DNA of 64,000 nt, from contig NC_091282.1 in the NCBI RefSeq assembly GCF_032444005.1, positions 982,452,001 through 982,516,000 of the forward strand. The letters run 5' to 3'. Position 1 is the first letter of the stretch; each line of letters begins with the position of its first letter. A model generated the notes under the pieces. The model saw only the letters and a program-made list of their open reading frames with translations, searched no databases and had not been told where the DNA came from. This document shows positions 21,391 to 32,417 of this stretch, piece by piece. Position numbers and translations under genes: made by a program. This stretch comes from Ranitomeya imitator (Eukaryota).

Positions 21391-22607
21391 AGGTGTGAGG
21401 TCAAAATGATAGGTGTTAGGGGGAAAAATGAGAGGAGGGGGAAAATGAGAGGAGTGATGGGAAAATGAGAGATATGAGGGGGAAAATGAGAGGAGTGAGG
21501 GGAAAATGAGAGATGTGAGGGGGAAAATGAGAGCTATGAGGGGGAAAATGAGAGAAGTGAGGTGCTATAACTAACCACAGTTAGTGACTATGCCCGGGCA
21601 ATGCCAGGCCCTTCAGCTAGTTCAATATACATGCATGCTCATTCTTGAGAGGCACGCATACGTTCTTAATAGGATGATAGACATAAGTTGCTGCCAGACA
21701 TCTCCAGCAGTTGCTCATATCTCTAGCCAAGAAAAAATCAGTCATGTTTAAATCCAACATGCCCAATTCTTTATTTCACTAGCATCTGCCATTAGGGGCA
21801 AGTCAGGAAACTACCATACTAGCAGCTCCTGATGAAATTGGCTGCTTTGGCAAACTTTTGGCAGATGTGTATGGCCAATTTTCATTGTGGACAGTTTGCC
21901 AGAGAGTGATCAAAAAACATACTTGAATCCATCAAAATGCAATCATTACCTATCGTGGTAGCACATTTCAATTTTCAGTTGATTGTATTTAATTATTGGC
22001 TTCAAGATATAATGCAAGCCCTTTATTACAGATTTAAGTTTATAAATAAAAAAGGACCAATAAGTGTGTTGCAAATCGTGCTGTTCATTTTAATGTGGTT
22101 ACATTAATTATAAATGACATGGAAAAAAATCATTCAAATGCCTCCAGAAAAATAAGATGCTTTGAGTAAAAAAGAATTTGTGTTAATTTGCATGAAATTT
22201 GCATGCTCTTATACCATGCAACAATTTGCTTTTAAATCTGACTTTTATTAATGTCAAAGGCAATGTAAGGTTTCAGAAATTAATTATTAGAAATGAGTTA
22301 TTATTTCACATTCAAATTCTGATTATCTTTAACATTCTTAGGGCTATTCCAGGTACAGTCTGTTCTAAGTGTGGACAGCTAAGAAAATGGTAGGCAAGAT
22401 ACATAATAGGTAGTTACATGAATTGAAAATGTGCATTACCATACAAATCAACTTCTCTCAAATCTAGCCAGCTGTTCCAAAGAAGAAAACTCACCACAGA
22501 CCATGTGCTGCCTTTTTGTATAGTCCTTTAATTTATAGTAAACTTGGTTACTTTGTCTTATAATTGAACTATTAATTTACTCATCACTTGTTTTCTTGTT
22601 TGAAATA

Positions 22608-23142
22608 CTGCTATGGCAAAAATTAAGAGACCACCACATCAAAACCCTGTCATGGGCAGCCCAATCTCCAGACCTGAACGCCACTGAAAACCTCTGGAAT
22701 GTAATCAAGAGGATGATGGATAGTCACAAGCCATCAAACAAAGAAGAACTGCTTACATTATTGTGACAGAAGCAGTGTTAAAGACTGGTGGAAAGCATGC
22801 CAAGACGCATGAAAGCTGTGATTAAAAATCATGGTTATTCCACAAAATATTGATTTGTGAACTCATCCTGAGTTAAAACATTAGTATTGTTGTTTCTAAA
22901 TGATTATTAACTTATTTTCTTTGCATTATTTGAGCTCTGAAAGCACTGTTTTTTTAAATATTGACCATTTCTCCCTTTCAGAAAAAAATACAAAATTTAT
23001 TGCTTGGAAATTCCGAGACATGTTGTCAGAAGTTTACAGAATAAATGAACAATTTACATTTTACTAAAAAAAATAAAATATAAAGAGAAAAATCAAACAA
23101 ACTTAACATTTTGCAGTGGTCTCTTAATTTTTGCCAGAGCTG
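22608..23142. mobile_element. Non-autonomous Tc1-like derivative, same family as 8029-8497, opposite orientation
   Basis: Same TIR; TA flanks; SPDLNAIENLW remnant. Confidence 0.85.
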
Positions 23143-23206
23143 TATATCTCTACATTATGGAGATGGCTCTGATCTGTCTGACACATAACCAGTAATTATA
23201 TATATA

Positions 23207-23812
23207 CTGGATGGTGGCCTGATTCTAACGCATCGGGTATTCTAGAATATGCATGTCCACGTAGTATACTGCACAGCCCACGTAGTATATTGCTCAGTCA
23301 CGTAATATATTGCCCAGCTACGTAGTATATTGCCCAGACATGTAGTATATTGCCCAGTCACGTAGTATATTGCCCAGTCACATAGTACTGCACAGTTCGG
23401 CAGACTACGGAGGGTGAGTATAGCAGGTTTTTTGTTTTTTTATTATTTTTAACATTACATTTTTTTACTATTGATGCCGCATAGGCAGCATCAATAGTAA
23501 AAAGTTGGGGACACACAGGGTTAATAGCGGCTGTAACAGAGTGCGTTACCCGTGGCATAACGCGATCCGTTACCGCCGGCATTAACCCTGTGTGAGCGGT
23601 GACCGGAGGGGAGTATGCGTGCGCCGGGCACTGACTGCGGGGAGGAAGGAGCGGCCATTTTCTTCCGAACTGTGCCCGTCACTGATTGGTCGTGGCTGTT
23701 TTGCTGCGACCAATCAGCGACTTGGATTTCCATGACAGACAGAGGCCGCGACCAATGAATATCCGTGACAGACAGACAGATGGAAGTGACCCTTAGACAA
23801 TTATATAGTAGA
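23207..23812 (-). mobile_element. Non-autonomous Helitron-like element with a 19-bp internal minisatellite
   Basis: Minus-strand 5' TC after A; 3' end ...GGCCACCATCCAG (CTAG variant); tandem CACGTAGTATATTGCCCAG units at about 23260-23385. Confidence 0.55.
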
Positions 23813-23818
23813 TATATA

Positions 23819-24579
23819 CTAGATGGAGGCCCGATGCCATCACATCGGGAGAGCGGTAATGTCACGATGGGGGCAGTCTTTGCAGTGTTGAGAATCTCTC
23901 CCCCTATGTGCTCACCCAACTATCCACTTTCTATTTCCCCATGTGCTGACTTCTGTCTGTGCTCTGTTCTTTGATCTGTCTACGCCTTGTGCTATCCCCC
24001 TTGTCTGCTGTCTCTCTCCTTCCTGTGCTGTGTTCTCCCCTCATGTGCCATCCCGTTTGAGCTGTCTCCCCCCTGTGCTCTGTCTCTCTCACCCCTGTAC
24101 GCTTTCGCTCTTCCCCATCTGCTGTCTTCTCCTCTCATGTCATCTCTTCTTTGACCTGTGTAGGCATATACAGTGTGCAAGTGTCTGTGGCGTGTACAGC
24201 ATATACAGAGTGTGTGTGTGGTGCGTACGGCGTATACAGCGTGTGTGTGTGTGCATGGTGCGTACGGCATATAGAGTGTGTGTGTGTGGTACATACGGCG
24301 TATACAGTGTGTGTGTGTGTGTGGTACGTACGGCATATACGAAGTGTGTTTGTGTGTTTTGTGTACGGCGTATACAGTGTGTGTGTTTGTGTGTGTGGTG
24401 TGACGGTGTTCCGCTGGTGGGACCGCGCAAGAGGCTGGTACCACCAGCAGTTTCCATATTGAGACACTTATCACTTGGGTGTCCCAATATGGTGGTTGGT
24501 GAACTTACGCCGCTTGGAATTCTAGGATCTGGACACATCTGGACAGGATGTGAAGACATTACAAGGTAAGTATATACTA

Positions 24580-24584
<5 letters not shown>
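23819..24584 (-). mobile_element. Second, adjacent Helitron-like element with TG-rich minisatellite
   Basis: CTAGATGGAGGCCCGAT end similar to that of the neighbouring element; CGTACGGCGTATACAG(TG)n repeats at about 24170-24400. Left boundary clear, right boundary uncertain. Confidence 0.4.
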
Positions 24585-24616
<32 letters not shown>

Positions 24617-24634
24617 CTGATAGAAAGATAGATA
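24581..24634 (+). repeat. (GATA)n microsatellite
   Basis: About 13 TAGA units, imperfect at the right end. Confidence 0.95.
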
Positions 24635-26040
24635 CAGGTGATTCTCACACAATTAGAATATCATCAAAAAGTTAAATTATTTCAGTTCTTCAATACAAAA
24701 CGTGAAATTCATATATTATATAGAGTCATTACAAAAAGAGTGATCTATTTCAAGTGTTTATTTATGTTAATGTTGATGATTATGGCCAATGAAAACCCAA
24801 AAGTCAGTATCTCAGTAAATTAGAATACTTTATAACACGAGCTTGAAAAATTATTTAAAATCTGAAATGTTAGCCAACTGAAATGTATGTTCTGTAAATG
24901 CACTCAATACTTTTGCATCAATTACTGCATCAATGCGGCGTGGCATGGAGGTGATTAGCCTGTGGTACTGCTGAGCTGTTATGAAAGCCCAGGTAGCTTT
25001 GATAGTAGCCTTAAGCTCGTCTGCATTGTTGGGTTTGGTGCCTCTCATCTTCCTCTTGGCAATACCCCATAGATTCTCTATGTTAAGGTCAGGCGAGTTT
25101 GCTGGCCAATCAAGCACAGTGAAACTGTTGTTTTTAAACCAGGTATTAGTACTTTTGACAGTGTGGACAGGTGCCAAGTCCTGCTGGAGAATGAAATTTC
25201 CATCTCCCAAAAGCTTGTCAGCAGAGGGAAGCATGAAGTGCTCTAAAACTTCCTGGTAGACGGCAGCGCTGACTTTGATCTTGATAAACACAGTGGACCT
25301 ACACCAGCAGATGATATGACTCCCCAAACCATCACTGATTGTGGAAACTTCACAATAGACCTCAAGCAGCTTGGATAGTGGCCTCTCCACTCTTCCTTCA
25401 GACTCTGGGACCTTGATTTCCAAATGAAATGCAAAATTTACTTTCATTTGAAAACAACACCTAGGACCACTGGGCAACAGTCCAGTTCTTTTTCTCCTTG
25501 GCCTTGGTAAGACACTTCTGGTGTTGTCTATTGGTCATGAGAGGCTTGACACAAGGAATACGACACTTGTAGCCCATGTCCATGCCTGTGTGTGGTGGCT
25601 CTTGAAGCAATGACTCCAGCAGCAGTCCACTCCTTGTGAACCTCCCCAAAAATTTTGAATGGCCTTTTCTTAACAATCCTTTCAAGGCTGCAGTTATCCC
25701 GCTTGCTTGGGCACCTTTTTCTACCACTTTTTCCTTCCACTCAACTTTCCATTAATATGCTTGGATACAGCACTCTGTGAACTACCAGCTTCTTTAGCAA
25801 TGACCTTTTGTGGTTTACCTTCCTTGTGGAGTGTGTCAATGACTGCCTTCTGGACATCTGTCAAGTCAGCAGTCTTCCCCATGATTGTGGAGACTACTGA
25901 AACAGACTAAGGGACCTTTTTAAATGCTTAGCAAGCCTTTGCAGGTTCTTTTTGTTAATTATTCTAATTTACTGAGATAGTGACTTTTGGGTTTTCATTG
26001 GCTGTAAGCCATAATCATCAACATTAACAGAAATAAACTC
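24635..26040 (-). mobile_element. Decayed Tc1 (long-TIR type), right TIR truncated
   Basis: TA-CAGGTG start; frameshifted transposase pieces (LQQDLAPVH, WPANSPDLNIENLW); inverted copy of the left subterminal sequence at about 25960-26040. Confidence 0.85.
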
Positions 26041-26041
26041 T

Positions 26042-26420
26042 TGTACCAGAATGATGTGACTGAAGACAGAAGCAACCAGATGAATTCTGAATTGTACAGA
26101 TCGACAATGACCCACAACTTACTGCAAAAGCAACCCATGAGTTTTTTATGGCAAATAAGTGGAATATTCTGTAATGGCCCAGTCAATCACAAGATCTCAA
26201 TTCCATCGAGCAGCATTTCACATGCTGAAAACATAACGTAAGACCTACAAACAAGCAACAACTGAAGAGAGCAGCAGTAAAGGCCTGGCAAAGCATCACA
26301 AAGGAGGAAACCCAGATTTTGGTGACTTCAGACGGCCATTGCTTTCAAATGATTCTGTACACATTATTAAAAATGAACATTTTATTGATGGTAAAGTTGA
26401 TTTGTCCAATTAATTTTGAG
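26042..26420 (+). mobile_element. Tc1 transposase 3' fragment
   Basis: Similar to the C-terminal part of the 18712-20367 transposase (DRSNQMNSELY, WPSQSQDLNSIE-like). Confidence 0.6.
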
Positions 26421-26848
26421 CTTTGAGGCTTTGTTGAAAAATGGAGGAGGTTGGCACACATATAAAAAAATTAGACAGTAATACCCAATTTGAAAAATAT
26501 CTTGTATTAGATATCAGGAGAAATACTGCAATAAAAAAGAGAGTCACAGAATCACATAAGTGCCCTGTTTTAATAATAGGGTCAAAAACTGTAGTCACGT
26601 TACTAGTATCTTTAGACTACAGTTTTAATGAGATATTTTTGAAATTGGGTATTACTGTCTAATATTTTTGTATGTGTGTGTTTTTCTGTGCATTATGTAG
26701 TGTGAAAGATTTTTTAGGGTGCATTAGGGCCTTTAGGGCTGCCCACTTTGAGCGGAGACGCCATTACATAAACTAACTAGGGTGCCAACCTCCGCTGGTA
26801 GGAAGGGTGAATATAGGGTCAATCTAGGGAGAGACTAGCCATAGTTAA

Positions 26849-27484
26849 AGGGAACCTGTCACCCCGAAAATCGTGGGTGAGGTAAGCCCACCGGCATCAG
26901 GGGCTTATCTACAGCATTCTGTAATGCTGTAGATAAGCCCCTGATGTTACCTGGAAGAGGAGAAAAAGACGTTATATTATACTCACCCAGGGGCGGTCCC
27001 GCTGCTGGTCAGGTCAGATGGGCGTCTTCGGTCCGCTGTGGCACCTCCCATCTTCATTACAAGACGTCCTCTTCTGATCTTCAGCCACGGCTCCGGTGCA
27101 GGCGTACTTTGCTCTGCCCTGTTGAGGGCAGACAAAGTACTGCAGTGCGCAGGCGCCGGGCCTCTGACCTTTCCGGCGCCTGCGCACTGCAGTACTATCC
27201 TCTGTCCTCAAGAGGGCAGAGCAAAGTACGCCTGCGCCGGAGCCGTGGCTGAAGACCAGAAGAGGACGTCTTGTAATGAAGATGGGAGGCACCGCAGCGG
27301 ACCGGAGACGCCCATCCGACCTGACCAGCAGCGGGACCGCCCCTGGGTGAGCATAATCTAACGTCTTTTTCTCCTCTTTCAGGTAACATCGGGGGCTTAT
27401 CTACAGCATTACAGAATGCTGTAGATAAGCCCCTGATGCCGGTGGGCTTACCTCACCCGCGATTTTCGGGGTGACAGGTTCCCT
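26849..27484. mobile_element. Fully palindromic Kolobok/T2-type MITE, 636 bp
   Basis: TTAA TSD; AGGGAACCTGTCA termini; the whole element is two near-identical inverted arms of about 310 bp around a 13-nt loop (27160-27172). Confidence 0.9.
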
Positions 27485-29149
27485 TTAAGTTATTATACTC
27501 CCCTTCCATTTTTCATTTTTTGTACATTTTTTGCACCTTTTTGGATAACTAATATTATTTAATATACCTTTTTAAATATTTCAAGTAAAGGTTAATTTTT
27601 AGAGGTCTATGGTTTTCTGGTGTTCAATTAAGCTAAGGACCCTACTATTTCATAATAAGGTTTTTGTGTATACTCAGAGATTGGTCTGCAGATTACATGG
27701 GCAGCGCCATGAGGAGCCCTTTATAAGGGAATGTCACAATGGTCATATTTACAGAATTATAGTGTGGGTTGTGTGATGTAGTGACCCATGTTACAGCCAG
27801 GGGGCACTGTATGTGCTCCTCAGGATACGCATGGAGGCATATCTGTAGTGGTGATAATGAAACAGTGTCCGGCATGATTGTAAATGGCCGGTATTTGTGG
27901 CAGAGGGAGCCTGTAGTGTTGTAGTTCTGGGACCTGTAGTCCCACAAGTATTTGTATAGTTAAAAAGGGAGGCTTGCAGGGTTAGTCAGAGAACCACACA
28001 CCTCCCACCTATGGAGGTGGTTACAGGTACATGTGACCAGGGTTTGGGTCACATGTTCAGAGTGTATGGACCGGAATGGTCAGAGTGTGAGGTCCTGTGA
28101 ATGGCCTGTGTGTTGGAATGTCCTGGAGTTGACTTAAAGCACATGGTGAGGCCATGGACTGAGGGCCTGTGGGTTGGAAGTACCTGGAACTGGACTTCCT
28201 GAATAGTGTTCGGAGAGGCCGTATCTCAGTGTCTAAAGTCCTGGATGGTCTGTGTTGGAATGGATTCCTGGAAGCACCTGGTGAGGCTATGGACTGAAGG
28301 CCTGTGTGTTGGAAGTGCCTGGGACTAGACTTCCGGAATAGTGCACGGAGAGGCCGTATCTGCAGAGCCTGTGATGGCTACTGTGTTGGGGAAGCTACAG
28401 CTCCGTCTGTGGGTCTGGACTATCTGAAGTGCCCTGGTCACAAGGACAGTGATTCCAGTTCGACAGCTTCCCTGGGAACCAGGATTGACAGGAGTCAGTG
28501 TGTGGAGCAGGAGCTCCTGTAAGGTAACTCCAGATAAAGAGGGTTACAGGCAGAGAAGTGTCTGCTTATGATGTCCCGTTGATGTAAATAATTAACTGAT
28601 TGTTGTGCGGTTTATGATGTTTATTAACCCCTTAGTGACAGAGCCAATTTGGTACTTAATGACCGAGCCAATTTTTGCAATTCTGACCACTGTCACTTTA
28701 TGAGGTTATAACTCTGGAATGCCTCAACGGATGCCGCTGATTCTGAGACAGTTTTTTCGTGACATATTGTACTTCATGTTAGTGGTAACATTTATTCGAT
28801 ATTACTTGCGATTATTTATGAAAAAACCGGAAATATGGCGAAAATTTTTAAAATTTTGCAATTTTCAAACTTTGTATTTTTATGCCCCTAACTCAGAGAG
28901 ATATGTCACGAAAAATAGTTAATAAATAACATTTCCCACATGTCTACTTTACATCAGCACAATTTTGGAAACAAAATGTTTTTTTGTTAGGGAGTTATAA
29001 GGGTTAAAAGTTGACCAGCAATTTCTCATTTTTACAACACCATTTTTTTTTAGGGACCACATCACATTTGAAGTCATTTTGAGGGGTCTATATGATAGAA
29101 AATAACAAAGTGTGACACCATTCTAAAAACTACACCCCTCAAGGTTCTC

Positions 29150-31440
29150 AAAACCACATTCAAGAAGTTTATTAACCCTTTACGTGCTTCACAGGAACTG
29201 AAACAATGTGGAAGGAAAAAATGAACATTTAACTTTTTTTTGCAAACATCTTAATTCAGAACCATTTTTTTTATTTTCACATGTGTAAAAACAGAAATGT
29301 AACCATAAATTTTGTTATGAAATTTCTCCTGAATACGCCAATACCCCATATGTGGGGGTAAACCACTGTTTGGGCGCACCGCAGAACTTGGAAGTGAAGG
29401 AGCGCCGTTTGACTTTTTCAATGTAGAATTCTCTGGAATTGAGATTGGACGCCATGTCACGTTTAGAGAGCCCCTGATGTGCCTAAACAGTGGAAACTCC
29501 CCACAAGTGACACCATTTTGGAAACTAGACCCCTTAAGGAACTTATCTAGATGTGTGGTGAGCACTTTGAACCCCCAAGTGCTTCACAGAAGTATATAAC
29601 GTAGAGCCGTGAAAATAAAAAATCGCTTTGGTTTACACAAAAATGATCATTTCGCCCACAAATTCTTATTTTCACAAGGGTAACAGGAGAAATTAGACCA
29701 CAAAAGTTGTTGTGCGATTTCTCCTGAATACGTCGATACCCCATATGTGAGGGTAAACCACTGTTTGGGTGCACCGCAGAGCTTGGAAGGTTAGGAGTGC
29801 CGTTTTACTTTTTCAATGTAGAATTGGCTGGAATTGAGATTGGACACCACGTCGCGTTTGGAGAGCCCCTGATGTGCCTAAACAGTGGAAACCCCCCACA
29901 AGTGACCCCATTTTGGAAACTAGACCCCCCATGGAACTTATCTAGATGTGTGGTGAGAACTTTGAATGCCCAAGTGCTTCACAGAAGTTTATAATGCAGA
30001 GTCGTGAAAATAAAAAATGTTTTTTTTTCCACAAAAAAGATATTGTAGCCCCCAAGTTTTTATTTTCACAAGGGTAACAAGAGAAATTGGACCCCAAAAG
30101 TTGTTGTCCAATTTGTCCTGAGTATGCTGGTACCCCATATGTGGGGGTAAACCACTGTTTAGGCGCACGGCAGAGCTCGGAAGGAAGGAGCGTCGTTTTG
30201 GAATGCAGACTTTGATAGAATGGTCTGCGAGCATTATGTTGCGTTTGCAGAGCCCCTGATGTACCTAACCAGTAGAAACCCTCCACAAGTGACCCCATTT
30301 TGGAAACTAGACCCCACAAGGAACTTATCTAGATGTGTGGTGAGAACTTTGAATGCCCAAGTGCTTCACAGAAGTTTATAATGCAGAGTCGTGAAAATAA
30401 AAAATATTTTTTTTTCCACAAAAAAGATATTGTAGCCCCCAAGTTTTTATTTTCACAAGGGTAACAGGAGAAATTGGACTGCAATAGTTGTTGTCCAATT
30501 TATCCCGAGTACGCTGATGTGCCATATGTGGGGGTAAACCACTGTTTGGGCGCACGGCAGAGCTCAGAAGGGAAGGAGCGCCGTTTTGGAATGCAGATTT
30601 TGATAGAATGGTCTGTGGGCATTATGTTGCGATTGCAGAGCCCCTGATGTACCTAAACAGTAGTAACCCCCCACAAGTGACCACATTTTGGAAACTAGAC
30701 CCCCCAAGGAACTTATCTAGATGTGTGGTGAGAACTTTGAATGCCCAAGTGCTTCACAGAAGTTTAGAATGCAGAGTCGTGAAAATAAAAAATATTTTTT
30801 TTTTCACAAAAAAGATATTGTAGCCCCCAAGTTTTTATTTTCACAAGGGTAACAGAAGAAATTGGACCACTAAAGTTGTTGTCCAATTTATCCCGAGTAC
30901 GCTGATGTACCATATGTGGGGGTAAACCACTGTTTGGGCGCACGGCAGAGCTCGGAAGGGAAGGAGCGCCATTTTGGAATGCAGACTTTCATAGAATGGT
31001 CTGTGGGCATTATGTTGCGATTGCAGAGCCCCTGATGTACCTAAACAGTAGTAACCCCCCACAAGTGACCCCGTTTTGGAAACTAGACCCCCCAAGGAAC
31101 TTATATAGATGTGTGGTGAGAACTTTGAATGCCCAAGTGCTTCACAGAAGTTTATAATGCAGAGTCATAAAATAAATAAATAAATAAATAAAAATTTTTC
31201 CACAAAAAAGATTTTGTAGCCCCCAAGTTTTTATTTTCACAAGGGTAACAAGAGAAATTGGACCCCAGAAGTTGTTGTCCAATTTATCCCGAGTACGCTG
31301 ATGCCCCATATGTGGGGGTAACCCACTGTTTGGGTGCACGGCAGAGCTCAGAAGGGAGGGAGCACCATTTGACTTTTTGAGCGCAAAATTGGCTGTCATG
31401 TTTGGAGACCCCCTGATGTACCTAAACAGTGGAAACCCCC
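29150..31440 (+). repeat. Tandem array of about 388-bp units (about 5.5 copies)
   Basis: Anchor GAAACTAGACCC at 29521, 29916, 30303, 30691 and 31079 (periods 395, 387, 388, 388). Confidence 0.9.
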
Positions 31441-31829
31441 CAATTCTAGCTCCAACCCAACTCCAACACTACCCTAACCCTAATCCCAACCCGATCCATA
31501 ATCCTAATCACTAACCCTAACCATAATCACAACCCTTACCCCAAAACAACCCTAATGTCAACCATAACCTTAATCAAAACCCTAAATCCAACACACCCCT
31601 AATCCTAATCTCAACCCTAACCTCAAACCTAACCCTAATCCCAATACACCCCTAATCACAACCCTAACCTTAACCCTAATCCCAAACCTAACCCTAATCC
31701 CAAGCGTAACCCTAATGCCAACCCTAACCCTAATACCAACCCTAATCCAAACCCTAATCCCAACTCTAACCCTAACTTTAGCCCCAACCCTAGCCCTAAC
31801 TTTAGCCCCAACCCTAACCCTAGCCCTAA

Positions 31830-32246
31830 GGCTACTTTCACACTTGCGTCGTTTGGCATCCGTCGCAATCCGTAGTTTTGGACAAGAAACGGATCCTGCA
31901 AATGTGCCCACAGGATGCGTTTTTTGCCCATAGACTTGTATTGCCGACGGATCGTGACGGATGGCCACACGTCGCGTCCGTCGTGCACTGGATCAGTTGT
32001 GTTTTGGCGGACCGTCGGCACAAAAAAAGTCCAATGAAACTTTTTTTGTACGTCGCATCCGCCATTTCTGGCCGCGCATGCGTGGCCGTAACTCCGCCCC
32101 CTCCTCCCCAGGACATAGATTGGGCAGCGGATGCGTTGAAAAACTACATCTGCTGCCCACGTTGTGCACAATTTTCACAACGTGCGTCGGTATGTCAGGC
32201 CGACGCATTGCGATGGCCCCGTACCGACGTAAGTGTGAAAGAAGCC
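31830..32246. mobile_element. PIF/Harbinger-type MITE
   Basis: 3-bp TSD TAA; TIR GGCT(A/T)CTTTCACACT. Confidence 0.85.
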
Positions 32247-32273
32247 TAACCCTAAATTTAGCCCCAACCCTAA

Positions 32274-32417
32274 NNNNNNNNNNNNNNNNNNNNNNNNNNN
32301 NNNNNNNNNNNNNNNNNNNNNNNNNNNNNNNNNNNNNNNNNNNNNNNNNNNNNNNNNNNNNNNNNNNNNNNNNNNNNNNNNNNNNNNNNNNNNNNNNNNN
32401 NNNNNNNNNNNNNNNNN
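32274..32417. other. Assembly gap (144 N)
   Basis: Run of N. Confidence 1.

Larger units (their letters stand above)
16783..21620 (+). mobile_element. Non-autonomous Helitron-like element carrying a minisatellite and three nested insertions
   Basis: Inserted between A and T. 5' TC at 16783. 3' GC-rich hairpin (GCCCGGGCAATGCCAGGC) then CTAG at 21617-21620. No TSD. Confidence 0.7.

Noticed and set aside
17250-23400. Regularly spaced 32-bp and 19-bp repeats as a CRISPR-like array
   Set aside because: Head-to-tail degenerate minisatellites with no unique spacers; eukaryotic context; no cas genes.
23943-24652. His/Thr-rich and Cys/Val-rich ORFs on both strands
   Set aside because: Products of (TG)n and (GATA)n simple repeats.
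29251-31399. Recurring 65-128-aa ORFs as a tandem gene family
   Set aside because: They follow the 388-bp repeat, and frames and stops differ between units.
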